Below are positions 1 to 10,100 of a stretch of 37,003 bases of DNA, in pieces. A program made the position numbers and the translations under genes. The notes under the pieces were generated by a model. The model did no database searches. It was not told the DNA's origin and saw only the letters and a program-made list of their open reading frames with translations. This stretch comes from an uncultured Muribaculaceae bacterium (GTDB taxonomy: Bacteria > Bacillota_I > Bacilli_A > RF39 > UBA660). Position 1 is the first letter of the stretch. Each line of letters opens with the position of its first letter. The DNA lies in contig CAZLQU010000004.1 in assembly GCA_964561805.1 (NCBI GenBank), positions 1 to 37,003 of the forward strand, written 5' to 3'.

Positions 1-684
1 CATTACTCCACCAGAAATAATTAATGGTGTTCTCGCTTCATCAATTAAAATGGAATCGACCTCATCGATGATACAGTAATTTAATGGACTCAATACTCTG
101 TCTTCTTTTCTTACAACCATATTATCTCTTAGATAGTCAAATCCTACTTCATTGTTTGTTGTATATGTAATATCTGAATTATAGACTGCTTGTTTTTCTT
201 GTGGTGATAAGCTTCTTAAATTGACGCCAACTGATAAACCTAAAAAGTTAAAGATTGGACCCATCCATTCAGCATTTCTTTGGGTTAGGTATTCATTGAC
301 GGTAACAACATGAACTCCTTCACCTGTCAAGGCATTGACATATGCTGGAAAAATAGTTGTCAAAGTTTTACCTTCACCAGTTTTCATTTCCGCTATATTA
401 CCATAATGAATAGCTAAGCCACCTAATAACTGAACAAAGTATGCTTTTTCGCCAATTTGACGATAAGCTACTTCCCTTATCGTAGCAAAAGCTTCGACCA
501 AGATATCTTCAAGCGTCTCACCATTTGCAAGTCTTTTCTTGAATTCATCGGTTTTAGCCGCTAATTTTTTATCAGACATTTTACTGTATTCAGCGTCTAG
601 GGCATCTATCTTTTCAGCGATAGCAGTAAATCTTTTTAATTCTTTTGTTTCATTATCAAACATATTTTTAAATATTTTTAGCAT
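1..684 (-). CDS. secA: Preprotein translocase ATPase SecA, N-terminal part (runs off the window edge)
   Basis: Not in the ORF track. Manual translation from ATG at 684 (SD-like GAGGAAGTGA upstream): [19 protein letters not shown]...[10 protein letters not shown] (Walker A)...VTVNEYL...[20 protein letters not shown], all SecA motifs. Confidence 0.97.
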   Translation of the reverse strand, partial: MLKIFKNMFDNETKELKRFTAIAEKIDALDAEYSKMSDKKLAAKTDEFKKRLANGETLEDILVEAFATIREVAYRQIGEKAYFVQLLGGLAIHYGNIAEMKTGEGKTLTTIFPAYVNALTGEGVHVVTVNEYLTQRNAEWMGPIFNFLGLSVGVNLRSLSPQEKQAVYNSDITYTTNNEVGFDYLRDNMVVRKEDRVLSPLNYCIIDEVDSILIDEARTPLIISGGVM

Positions 685-787
685 GTCTTCACTTCCTCAT
701 ATGTATTTTATCAAAAAAAAGTTAAAATTACTAGTCATTTATACATAAATAATTAAAATTAGTTAAGAATAATATTGGGTGATAAAA

Positions 788-919
788 GTGGCTAAAAATA
801 AGTCCCATAAGACTAAATCATGTAATGATAATATGAACAAGACTAAAACTAATAATAGTATTAGTAATTGCTCAGATAATAACATGAAAGAGTCTAGCCT
901 AAATAAAAGTGACCTTTAA
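788..919 (+). CDS. Small hydrophilic Asn/Lys/Ser-rich protein, 43 aa (MAKNKSHKTKSCNDNMNKTKTNNSISNCSDNNMKESSLNKSDL)
   Basis: GTG start preceded by GGGTGA SD-like motif; 43 open codons in very AT-rich DNA; ends in a bidirectional hairpin shared with convergent spmB. Confidence 0.55.
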   Translation: MAKNKSHKTKSCNDNMNKTKTNNSISNCSDNNMKESSLNKSDL

Positions 920-935
920 GGTTGCTTTTATTTTT
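901..935. terminator. Bidirectional intrinsic terminator between the sORF and spmB
   Basis: AATAAAAGTGACC-TTTAA-GGTTGCTTTTATT inverted repeat (two G-U pairs) with A/T tracts on both sides. Confidence 0.7.
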
Positions 936-1437
936 ATAATTTTGTGACAACGATAATACTTATGATTACGCATGCCATGTCTGCCAAAAGACCAATAATT
1001 AAAGAATGCTTTATCTTTTTAATTTTAACACTTGAATAATACATGCCAATAATGTAGATGGTAGTGTCTGTACTACCTGAAATAACTGACGCTATTTTAG
1101 CAACTAAGCTATCTACCCCATAACGAGACATCACACTATTTAAAAGCATTAAGGATGAGGATGATGATATTGGTCTTAGGATTGCTACCGGTAAAATTTC
1201 TTTAGGAATAAATTTTAAATTAATTAGTTTAGTTAGATCCATGATAATATTACTTTTAACTAGGACTGTGACCGATATAATCATGGCAAAGATGCTAGGA
1301 AATATTTCTAAGGATAGGTTTAATCCTTCTTTAACACCATTTATAAATTCATCATAGATATCTACCTTTTTATATAGACCATAAATAATAACTATTAGTG
1401 TTATTATTGGGATTATTAATTTAGAGAATATTATCAT
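934..1437 (-). CDS. spmB: Spore maturation protein B
   Basis: Hydrophobic; KKVDIYDEFINGVKEG, LRPISSSSS, GSTDTTIYIIGMYY motifs; overlaps the spmA stop. Confidence 0.92.
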   Translation of the reverse strand: MIIFSKLIIPIITLIVIIYGLYKKVDIYDEFINGVKEGLNLSLEIFPSIFAMIISVTVLVKSNIIMDLTKLINLKFIPKEILPVAILRPISSSSSLMLLNSVMSRYGVDSLVAKIASVISGSTDTTIYIIGMYYSSVKIKKIKHSLIIGLLADMACVIISIIVVTKL

Positions 1438-2009
1438 GACTTCACCACATAAAATAATCTATCAATTAATAGGCCAAATAAACAGGATAAAGAAGAGGTA
1501 ATCATAATATATGGAATAATGGCTTCAGGGTTAATACTTCCATACATCATTCTTAGAGAAATAATTGTCGTAGGAATTATGGTAACGGATGCAGTATTCA
1601 TAACTAAAAAAGTAATCATACTTCTTGAAGCAATATCTTTATTTTTATTTAATTTTTGCATTTCTTTAATAGTCTTTAAACCGAATGGTGTAGCAGCATT
1701 ACCAAGGCCTAGCATATTCATAATAATATTTGTCCCAATGTAACTAAAACATTGACTATCTTTAGGTATTTCGGGGAAAATTACTTTAAGTATTGGAGTT
1801 AAAACTTTTGCTAATTTATCTAAAAGTCCGCTTTTTTTAGCAATATTCATAATTCCTAACCATAGACACATTATAGGAATAATTGATAATATTAATTCGA
1901 TACCTTTTTTAGATGAATCCAAGAGATAATTAGAGATATCTAAGTTACCAGTAATTAAACTATAAATAATACCTATTATAAAGAAAAAAGCGAAAAGATA
2001 ATTAATCAC
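1434..2009 (-). CDS. spmA: Spore maturation protein A
   Basis: MCLWLGIMNIA, NMLGLGNAATPFGLK, NTASVTIIPTT motifs; dacB-spmA-spmB synteny. Confidence 0.95.
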   Translation of the reverse strand: MINYLFAFFFIIGIIYSLITGNLDISNYLLDSSKKGIELILSIIPIMCLWLGIMNIAKKSGLLDKLAKVLTPILKVIFPEIPKDSQCFSYIGTNIIMNMLGLGNAATPFGLKTIKEMQKLNKNKDIASRSMITFLVMNTASVTIIPTTIISLRMMYGSINPEAIIPYIMITSSLSCLFGLLIDRLFYVVKS

Positions 2010-3051
2010 GAAACCACTTCTTTTTAGGTTTTACTCTTTTGGCATAGATATCTTCTTTATGAACTAAGGTATTATCTAGATAAATATAGTTTGTACCTAC
2101 TTTATCACCAGTTTTATAATTTTTCTTTTTTTCTAATTTTATATGGGATATTAATTTTCTAGATTCATTCTTTTTTAAAGTTAAGTAGACATCATTTTTT
2201 ATATATAGTTTGTCATAATAATTATCTTTTAATACTTGAAAGCGTTTTTTATTTAAGACTTTAATACTTTGATAATTATTAAAAGCATATTGATACAATG
2301 ATTTATGGGTATTCCAATCATCTGAATCGTTAATAGTGACAACCACTAAATTCATATTGTCTTTAGTAGCAGTTGACACCAACGTTCTTTTAGCTCTTTT
2401 AGTATACCCTGTTTTCCCTCCGGTAACATAATTTTCAGATAATAATTTATTTTTATTATGCCAGACGTAAGTTTTTAAATTAGTTTTAACTACATGTTTT
2501 TTTGTTTTGACAATTTCTTTATACGTATCATTTTGCATAGTATATCTAGTAAGTAAGGCCATATCATAAGCAGTTGATTTATTACCTATTTTATCAGTAT
2601 CTAAGCCACTAGCATTATAAAAAACAGTATTTTTCATGCCTAATTCTTTGGCTTTTTTATTCATTAATTTGACAAATTCTTCTTCAGTCCCTGAAGTATA
2701 CGTGGCAATAGCTATAGCAGCATCATTACCACTTCTTAGCATTAGTCCGTATATTAAATCAATTAGTTTTATTTCTTCACCTATAGATATATAAATACCT
2801 GATCCATAACTTTTGCTAATTGAAGAATCAACTTTAACAGTATCATTAATATCATTATTTTCAATTGCTAAAATAGCCGTCATTATTTTGGTAATACTAG
2901 CGATTAATCTAGGACTATCTTTATTTTTGCTAGCGAGTACTCTACCTGAATCCATATCCATTAAGACATATTCATAAGCACTAGATGTAGAAGCCTGGAC
3001 ATATGGGATAAAAAGATATAAGCACAATAAAAACAACAATACTTTCTTCAT
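2002..3051 (-). CDS. dacB: D-alanyl-D-alanine carboxypeptidase (peptidase S11), DacB-like
   Basis: Signal peptide; SxxK (ASITK), SxN (RSGND) and KTG (GGKTGY) motifs; directly upstream of spmAB as in B. subtilis. Confidence 0.88.
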   Translation of the reverse strand: MKKVLLFLLCLYLFIPYVQASTSSAYEYVLMDMDSGRVLASKNKDSPRLIASITKIMTAILAIENNDINDTVKVDSSISKSYGSGIYISIGEEIKLIDLIYGLMLRSGNDAAIAIATYTSGTEEEFVKLMNKKAKELGMKNTVFYNASGLDTDKIGNKSTAYDMALLTRYTMQNDTYKEIVKTKKHVVKTNLKTYVWHNKNKLLSENYVTGGKTGYTKRAKRTLVSTATKDNMNLVVVTINDSDDWNTHKSLYQYAFNNYQSIKVLNKKRFQVLKDNYYDKLYIKNDVYLTLKKNESRKLISHIKLEKKKNYKTGDKVGTNYIYLDNTLVHKEDIYAKRVKPKKKWFRD

Positions 3052-3066
3052 ATTTTCACCTATTTA

Positions 3067-3095
3067 AATATATGAATTATATTGTTGTTTATACT
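3067..3095 (-). promoter_or_regulatory. Possible sigma-E-type promoter of dacB-spmAB
   Basis: Minus strand GTATAAACAACAATATAATTCATATATT: ATA-N15-CATATATT resembles the sigE consensus; an embedded TATAAT makes it ambiguous. Confidence 0.3.
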
Positions 3096-4229
3096 TTATT
3101 TAGTTTTACTCTTTTTATATGTTTCATAGTGAACTCTTTGAACAAGACCCATTGAAAATAATAAGGTTATTGTATAACTACCTCCATAAGATAAGAATGG
3201 TAATGGAACTCCAGTTAATGGACCTATATTCAAAACTCCGATTAAGTTTATTGAAATATGGAATAGTAAATAGGCAAATACACCATAAGCAATAATTGAA
3301 TTACCTAAGTCAGTAGCTTTTCTAGCTATTTTTAATACTCTATATAAAATAAACATATATCCAAATATTATTATTAATCCAACAATTAGTCCCCACTCTT
3401 CGACAATGATTGGGAAGATGAAATCAGTGTGAGCTTCTGGTAAATATAAATACTTTTGGGTGCTTTCACCAATTCCTTTACCGGTTAAGCCACCATTCTT
3501 TAAGGCAATAATACTGTTACATAATTGATATCCTGTCTTATCTTCATATCTTTCACAGGGATTCATAAACTGGAATCTTTTTAATTGATAATCTCTTAGA
3601 AATGAGCCTCCTGTCAAGATTAGTATTAGTGCCACTAAGACAATACCACCAATAAATATTTTATTGATAGGTCCTTTGGTTTCTCTTTTTAAAGGTAAGG
3701 CATAAAAGATTAAAAGCACAATACCGAAGATAACAAAGGCTGTTCCAAAGTCCGGTTGCATGGCAACTGAAACAATAATTATAAGGGAAATAATAATTGG
3801 TTTTAAAAGAGTCCATTGGTTATCTAATTCATTTTTATGTTTGTTGTAGTAGTATGCAAGATATAAAATAACAATAATTTTACCTATTTCACTAGGCTGG
3901 ACAGTTATTATTTTAAGGTCATACCAGCTTTGACTAGAATTATAAACAGCTCCATATGCCATTAAACCAAATAATGAAATAATTAAAATGACAATCATTA
4001 CTGGGGAGGTATTCTTAAATAATTTTGTGGGAAAATAGATGGCTACCAAGAAACCAATCATCCCTATTAGCATAAATAGGGTCTGTCTTATCAAATAGAA
4101 GTAAATACTATTATGGTACCTCATATATGATGCCATTGAGGAAGCACTTAAAACCATGATAAGACCAAATATCATGAAAACAAACATGACAATTAGTAAT
4201 GTTTTATCTAGTTTTGTAGACTTTTTCAT
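3096..4229 (-). CDS. SEDS family peptidoglycan glycosyltransferase (FtsW/SpoVE/RodA)
   Basis: About 10 TM segments; QPSEIGK, QPDFGT, YLPEAHTDFIF, GVPLPFLSYGGS motifs. Confidence 0.93.
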   Translation of the reverse strand: MKKSTKLDKTLLIVMFVFMIFGLIMVLSASSMASYMRYHNSIYFYLIRQTLFMLIGMIGFLVAIYFPTKLFKNTSPVMIVILIISLFGLMAYGAVYNSSQSWYDLKIITVQPSEIGKIIVILYLAYYYNKHKNELDNQWTLLKPIIISLIIIVSVAMQPDFGTAFVIFGIVLLIFYALPLKRETKGPINKIFIGGIVLVALILILTGGSFLRDYQLKRFQFMNPCERYEDKTGYQLCNSIIALKNGGLTGKGIGESTQKYLYLPEAHTDFIFPIIVEEWGLIVGLIIIFGYMFILYRVLKIARKATDLGNSIIAYGVFAYLLFHISINLIGVLNIGPLTGVPLPFLSYGGSYTITLLFSMGLVQRVHYETYKKSKTK

Positions 4230-4304
4230 GATATCACTATCCTTTATATAAGTGTAGCAAATAGTTAAAAAAAAGTAAACTTAAAATAATAAGTCTACTT
4301 CTAC

Positions 4305-4335
4305 TTGACATTATTTTTCGAATTCGCGCTATACT
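4305..4335 (+). promoter_or_regulatory. Promoter-like element facing antisense into the YhcG remnant
   Basis: TTGACA-N19-TATACT; the spacer contains the palindrome CGAATTCG; spacing is longer than optimal. Confidence 0.3.
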
Positions 4336-4366
4336 AATTTGTAAGTTCTAGAAATAATCCTTTCAT

Positions 4367-4758
4367 CGGATTGGGTACTAAATCTTCTGCTTTAATCTTA
4401 TCATTAAATATTAGCTTATTTTTAGTTTTGGTAGGTAATCTTTCATATTCGTTATTACGTATTTTTTTCTTAATTCTCTTTTAGATAGATTATTATCTTT
4501 GGTGATATTTATATAATATGTTAGTTTATTGCCGTCTTTTATTGATAATAGCTCTGTATAATGGCTCCATGTCAATTGTGTCGCCAGTGGCGACACTTTT
4601 TCATCATTAAATGAATTATAGAATTGTTTCATTCTAAATAATGTTCTTCGATTGTATTTTTTACCTGCTTCAGTTAATAATTTACCAATTTCAAAATATG
4701 TAATAACCTTATGTCTTTCTTTTGAATAATCTTTGACTTTGTAATATACTTCATTATC
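4367..4758 (-). pseudogene. YhcG/DUF1016-family N-terminal fragment (frameshifted, truncated)
   Basis: The frame is open from 4758 with no start codon (DNEVYYKVKDYSKERHKVITYFEIGKLLTEAGKKYNRRTLFRMKQFY...SPLATQLTWSHYTELL...LSKRELR). After the A7 run at 4462-4468 it continues in the -1 frame (IRNNEYERLP...DLVPNP). No C-terminal nuclease domain. Confidence 0.8.
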
Positions 4759-4857
4759 TTAAATAATATTCCCGAGAATAAGAGCATTTTACTTTTTTGG
4801 AAGAAAATTAGTTCACGATTGGTGATAATTTAGGCATAAAGAAAACATATAGTTAAC

Positions 4858-4884
4858 AAAAAAAGTTATCATATGATAACTTTA
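4858..4884 (-). terminator. Intrinsic terminator of the secDF-rel-dtd operon
   Basis: Perfect palindrome AAAGTTATCATATGATAACTTT at the dtd stop, followed by a T run on the minus strand. Confidence 0.7.
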
Positions 4885-5319
4885 TTTTTCTAAAAGAATA
4901 GTTACTGGTCCATCGTTTGTGAATGTTACTTTCATTTCAGCTCCGAAGATACCGGTAGCGACATTGACATTCTTTTCTTTTAATTTTTTATTAAATTCAT
5001 CATAAAGGATTGTTGCTTTATCTCCCGATAAGGCTTTAACATAACTTGGTCTTCTTCCTTTACTAGCATCTCCGTATAAGGTGAATTGACTAATTGAGAG
5101 AATGGAACCATTTATATCTAATAGGCTTTTGTTCATGACACCATTATCATCATCAAAAATTCTTAAGTTTATTACTTTATCAACCATATAATCAATTTCT
5201 TTATCGGTATCGGTATCAGTAAAGCCAACAAGAATCATCATTCCTTTACCAATTTCCCCTACGGTTTTATTATCCACTGTGACTTTGGCATCATCACATC
5301 TTTGAACAACTACTTTCAT
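4882..5319 (-). CDS. dtd: D-aminoacyl-tRNA deacylase
   Basis: MKVVVQR, LRIFDD, SQFTL, NDGPVT motifs; follows rel. Confidence 0.97.
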   Translation of the reverse strand: MKVVVQRCDDAKVTVDNKTVGEIGKGMMILVGFTDTDTDKEIDYMVDKVINLRIFDDDNGVMNKSLLDINGSILSISQFTLYGDASKGRRPSYVKALSGDKATILYDEFNKKLKEKNVNVATGIFGAEMKVTFTNDGPVTILLEK

Positions 5320-7472
5320 TAGTTTACCTGTCTTTCTACTTTATTTACAAAGCCTAAATTATTTAAATTAATTGTAAATTTATCTAGAGCTTCTTTATTT
5401 TCAACCATAATAGTTACAAAATATATTTTAAATTCGCTTTTTGTTATGGTTGTCACTGAATCTATTAAGATATTATTAGCTGTGGCAGTCGTAATAATAT
5501 TTAGTAAATTATCATCCGTATTTGTATAGATTAATAAATCTGTTGGGAATTTTTTAGTGATATCTTCATTCCATTTGACATTGATTAATCTTTCATCTAA
5601 ATCTAAGATATTTTTACAATTACTGCGGTGAACTGTAATACCTGACCCTTTAGTAATATAACCAATGATATTATCGCCAGGGATTGGTTTACAGCAACCG
5701 CTTAGGGTTACTTTTATTTCATTCATACCCTCTACTAAGACATCATTTTTTATGGTTGATTTTTTAATTCTACCAGTACTCTTTTTAAGAATTTTATCAG
5801 CAACATTTTCTTTTTTGGTAATTAAGTGCATTACATTAGAGATAGCATATTTACCAGAACCTAAGGCAATGTATAAATCATCTAAGTCTTTTAATTTTAG
5901 ATTATCTAGAATTGTATCTAAATATTTATCTAATGTTTCATTTATTGGCAAATCTCTTCGGCGTAAGGCTTTTTCAAAGATTTCAGCCCCTTTAGAAAGA
6001 TTTTCATCTTTTTCTCTTTTGGTGTAGAAGGCTTTAATCTTATTTTTAGCATGGCTAGTGACAACAAAGTTTAGCCAATCTTTATTAGGCCCTTTTGATA
6101 ATTTACTGGTATTTACTTTGATGATATCACCTGTTTTTAAGACATAATCAAATGGGACAATACTGTCGTTGACAATAGCACCAATCATTTTGTCCCCTAC
6201 TTCACTATGGACACGATATGCGAAATCAACACAAGTGGCACCATTAGGAAGCTCGATAACATCTCCTTTAGGAGTATAGACATAAATAGAATCATTGAAA
6301 AGAATATCTTTTTTGACATTACTGATAAACTCTTCTGGAGTACTAGCATCTTCGTTAAGTTCAATAATACTTCTGAAAATTTCTAATTTTTGTTCCATTT
6401 GATCTTTATTATTAACTTTTTTATTTTCTTTATATGACCAATGGGAAGCAATACCATATTCAGCAATTCTATCCATTTCATATGTTCTTATTTGGATTTC
6501 AAATAACTCGCCATCAATGCCAAAAACAGTTGTATGAAGAGATTGATAAAGGTTAGTTTTAGGCATGGCAATATAGTCTTTGAATCTTTTGGGAACAGGT
6601 TTATATTTAGAATGGATTAAACCTAAGGCAAGGTAGCATTCTTGTTCCGTATTAACAAATACACGTAATGCTAAAATATCGTAGATATCTTCAAATTTCT
6701 TACCTTTATTCATTTTATTGTAGATACTATAGATACTTTTACTACGTCCTTTTATTTCATGTGTGATATTATGTTCTGTTAAAAGATTGCTTACTTCATC
6801 TAACATTTTACCTACTGCTTCATCACGTTCAGTTTTCTTTAGATTTAGTTTTTCAACAATGTCATAATAGGCATCAGGATTTAAATATCTTAAGGAAAGA
6901 TCTTCTAATTCTGATTTTAATTTATACATACCAAGACGGTGAGCAACTGGTGTTAATATTTCTAAGGTTTCTTTAGCTTTACGCTTTTGTTTAGCTTCAG
7001 ATAAAACATACAAGGTACGCATGTTATGAAGTCTATCGGCTAATTTTACGATTAAGACTCTAACATCAGAGGAAAGCCCTACCAAGATTTTTCTTTGGTT
7101 AGCGGCCATTTGCTCAGAATCTGACGTAAATTTTAGACGATTAATTTTAGTGACACCGTCAACTATTTTGGCAACGTTTTCGCCAAATAAATCTTTAATT
7201 TCTTCGTAGGTGCTATCAGAGTCTTCGATGGTATCATGTAGTAATGCTGCAGCGACCGCTTCAGCATCAGCATTAACATCTGTTAAAATCCATGCAACAT
7301 TAAGTGGATGAGTAATATAATCATCACCTGTAATACGTTTTTGTGAGAAATGTTTTTTATAAGCATACTCATAGGCATTTCTTATTAGTTTTAAATCTTC
7401 AGGATTATCATCATATTCTTTTACTTTATTAAGTAAATCTTCAATACTGACGGCTTCAGTTTTAACACTCAT
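5319..7472 (-). CDS. relA: Bifunctional (p)ppGpp synthetase/hydrolase (long RSH); start probably ATG 7472 rather than 7481
   Basis: HD hydrolase (LLHDTIED, KLADRLHNMRT), synthetase (GRSKSIYSI, RFKDY, EIQIRT), TGS (YTPKG..DFAY), CCKPIPGD zinc-finger region, ACT domain. Confidence 0.97.
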   Translation of the reverse strand: MSVKTEAVSIEDLLNKVKEYDDNPEDLKLIRNAYEYAYKKHFSQKRITGDDYITHPLNVAWILTDVNADAEAVAAALLHDTIEDSDSTYEEIKDLFGENVAKIVDGVTKINRLKFTSDSEQMAANQRKILVGLSSDVRVLIVKLADRLHNMRTLYVLSEAKQKRKAKETLEILTPVAHRLGMYKLKSELEDLSLRYLNPDAYYDIVEKLNLKKTERDEAVGKMLDEVSNLLTEHNITHEIKGRSKSIYSIYNKMNKGKKFEDIYDILALRVFVNTEQECYLALGLIHSKYKPVPKRFKDYIAMPKTNLYQSLHTTVFGIDGELFEIQIRTYEMDRIAEYGIASHWSYKENKKVNNKDQMEQKLEIFRSIIELNEDASTPEEFISNVKKDILFNDSIYVYTPKGDVIELPNGATCVDFAYRVHSEVGDKMIGAIVNDSIVPFDYVLKTGDIIKVNTSKLSKGPNKDWLNFVVTSHAKNKIKAFYTKREKDENLSKGAEIFEKALRRRDLPINETLDKYLDTILDNLKLKDLDDLYIALGSGKYAISNVMHLITKKENVADKILKKSTGRIKKSTIKNDVLVEGMNEIKVTLSGCCKPIPGDNIIGYITKGSGITVHRSNCKNILDLDERLINVKWNEDITKKFPTDLLIYTNTDDNLLNIITTATANNILIDSVTTITKSEFKIYFVTIMVENKEALDKFTINLNNLGFVNKVERQVN

Positions 7473-7495
7473 GATATTCACCCACTTTCTTTTTC

Positions 7496-9778
7496 TTAAC
7501 AGTTAATTCCTCTTACTTTTAATTCCTCTATTTCATCATCATCATCAATTTTTTTAGGCTTTGTAATTCTTTTCTTTTCTAGGAAAGCCCATAGCATATT
7601 AGAAATAAAGATTGATGAATATGTACCTGCAATAAAGCCCACTAATAAGGCAATATTGAAGGTAATTATTTCTCTTGAACCGAAGAATAAGAGAATAATA
7701 ACTGGGATAATTGTCGTAATGGTTGTAAGAATTGTTCTTGTTAAGGTACGACGAATACTAGTATTAACTAATTCATCAATTTCATCTGGATTAGTTATAC
7801 TATTTTTATATTTACTTTTATATGTTTCACGAATAATATCAAATGTAACAATTGTATCGTTGATACTGTAACCAATAATGGTTAATATTGCAGCAACGAA
7901 AATCGAATCAATTTGAATCTTAAAGACACTAAAGAATAAGAATGTAAATAAGACATCATGTATTAACGCAACAATACCACTAATAGCATAGTTAAATCTA
8001 AAACGAATGGCAATATAGATAATAATACCAATACTTGCGATTAATAGTGATTTGATGGCATTCTTGACTAATTCTTGTTTAACCACCTTGCTAACAACAT
8101 AAATATCACTATCTAAGTTATACTCATCTTTTAGCGTGCTTGTTAGGCTTGTAATTGATTCTTTTTCTAGAACTTCACTAATACTAATTGTTAATTCTCG
8201 ATCACTTTTATGAGTCTTTTCAATATGATAATTCTTCTCAGTTAAAATATTACTTACGTCATCTAGTGTTGTATTGGTTGGACTATTAATAGTAATACTA
8301 GTACCGCCACTAAAGTCGACGCCATAATTAGCACCAGTTGTTATGAAGATGATTGCTCCCACTAGCAATAAAATTAGGGCTAATCCAGCAAATTTCATTT
8401 TATGTTTAACAATGTTTAGTTTTTCAAATGGGATACGGATATTTTTATCTTTCTTTATTTTATTCTTGTTAATACCAATAAATAGGCCTAATCTATCATC
8501 AAATAAATGGGTTTTAACAAAGAATTTCAAGATTAATTTAGTTAGATATACCATAACAATTACGGTTGTAATAATCGTAATAATTAACATGGTAGCAAAT
8601 CCTTTGACAGAACTTTCACCTAAGATAAACATAATAATAGCTGCGATAATGGTTGTGACATTAGCGTCAATAATACTGGTAAAACTACTTTTATTACCCA
8701 AGTCATATGATTCAGACAAACTTTTACCAATTAGTAAGTTTTCTTTTACTCTTTCAAAACAGATAACATTGGCATCGACAGCCATACCGATACCTAATAA
8801 CATAGCAGCAATACCTGGAAGCGTTAGGACACCATCAATTAGATAGAAAATACCAAATGACATAAAAGTATATAAAACTAAACCAAATGAAGCAATAGCA
8901 CCAGAAAAACGGTATACAGCAATCATTAAGATAATGACACAGATGATACCAATTACGCCAGCAGTTAAAGTTTTTTCTAGTGAGTTTACTCCAAAAGCAG
9001 CTTCAACTGTTCTTGATGATATTTCATTTAGTTTTGTTGGTAATGCGCCAGAATTGATAAGTTCAACAAGGGATTTTACTTCATCTTTTTCAAAGTTACC
9101 TTGAATAATAACATCACTAGCGAAGGCTTTTTCTACCCTAGCTGCTGATAAGCAATGAGAATTACTAGTTCCACATCCGGCTTTTTCTCCTCTAGATGCT
9201 GCTAGTTCAGCCTTTTTTTGTTCATTGGCATAAGAGTCACTATTTTCATCATAATCTAACCAAATGACCATTACGTTAGGAGTCATATTTTTTACTTTCT
9301 TTGTAGCTTCATAGAAAGCATCAGTATCTTTAATCTTTAAACTAACAGCAGGACGATTATATTCATCTTGACCTACTCTCGCTTGTCCGCCTAAGACATC
9401 ACTCGTTAAAAGTAGATTATCATTGTGATCTCTAAATGATAAAACTGCAGTTGAGGAAATAGTGTTTCTGGCATCATTTGCATTAGTTATGCCTGCTAAT
9501 TTAATTCTAATACGATTATCGCCTTCAATAGTTATTTCTGGCTCTGATACCCCTAAGACATCTATTCTTTTCAATATGGCTTGATATGTTGAATATAACA
9601 TATCTCCAGTTAGTTCATCTTCACTATTTAATGGCTCTACTTCATATAGGACTTCAAAGCCACCTTGTAAGTCTAAACCAAAATTAATTTTATTAATTAG
9701 TGGTTTAATAAAATAACAACAAATAAAAGTTATTAATAGAACTAGAATAGTTCCAATGATAAAGTTTCTTTTTTTCAT
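7496..9778 (-). CDS. secDF: Protein translocase subunit SecDF (fused)
   Basis: FGLDLQGG, GVSEP, GMAVDANV, GVDFSGGT, GYSINDTIV motifs. Confidence 0.97.
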   Translation of the reverse strand: MKKRNFIIGTILVLLITFICCYFIKPLINKINFGLDLQGGFEVLYEVEPLNSEDELTGDMLYSTYQAILKRIDVLGVSEPEITIEGDNRIRIKLAGITNANDARNTISSTAVLSFRDHNDNLLLTSDVLGGQARVGQDEYNRPAVSLKIKDTDAFYEATKKVKNMTPNVMVIWLDYDENSDSYANEQKKAELAASRGEKAGCGTSNSHCLSAARVEKAFASDVIIQGNFEKDEVKSLVELINSGALPTKLNEISSRTVEAAFGVNSLEKTLTAGVIGIICVIILMIAVYRFSGAIASFGLVLYTFMSFGIFYLIDGVLTLPGIAAMLLGIGMAVDANVICFERVKENLLIGKSLSESYDLGNKSSFTSIIDANVTTIIAAIIMFILGESSVKGFATMLIITIITTVIVMVYLTKLILKFFVKTHLFDDRLGLFIGINKNKIKKDKNIRIPFEKLNIVKHKMKFAGLALILLLVGAIIFITTGANYGVDFSGGTSITINSPTNTTLDDVSNILTEKNYHIEKTHKSDRELTISISEVLEKESITSLTSTLKDEYNLDSDIYVVSKVVKQELVKNAIKSLLIASIGIIIYIAIRFRFNYAISGIVALIHDVLFTFLFFSVFKIQIDSIFVAAILTIIGYSINDTIVTFDIIRETYKSKYKNSITNPDEIDELVNTSIRRTLTRTILTTITTIIPVIILLFFGSREIITFNIALLVGFIAGTYSSIFISNMLWAFLEKKRITKPKKIDDDDEIEELKVRGINC

Positions 9779-9999
9779 TATTTTGCTCCTTTTATATTAG
9801 TAATATCTAACGTGATAATATCATTAACCATTTCAGATATTGTTAAGTTATGAGTACTACGCCATTTGTTGATAGTTAAATAAGTCCATATATCTTCATC
9901 AGTTATGTCATTATAGTTAGCCGAATTCAGTAAACGATGTTTAACTTTAAAAACTGGGATTAATGCTAAATATAATTCTAATTGACTATTATATTCCAT
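9778..9999 (-). CDS. comN: ComN-like post-transcriptional regulator
   Basis: ITDEDIWTYL..KW..ISEMVNDI pattern; immediately upstream of secDF, the comN/yrzD position in B. subtilis. Confidence 0.7.
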   Translation of the reverse strand: MEYNSQLELYLALIPVFKVKHRLLNSANYNDITDEDIWTYLTINKWRSTHNLTISEMVNDIITLDITNIKGAK

Positions 10000-10100
10000 A
10001 ATATCACGCCTTTACCTAATTATATAACAAATATGGTTGTTTTTACAAGGTTATATTTGTAATAAAACGATTTTTATTATATAATTATTTTATGTGAATT

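Noticed and set aside
539-748. 69-aa + strand ORF
   Set aside because: Antisense to the secA N-terminus
4462-4468. A-AAA-AAA run as a programmed -1 frameshift
   Set aside because: The gene lacks a start codon and its C-terminal domain; simple decay is more likely
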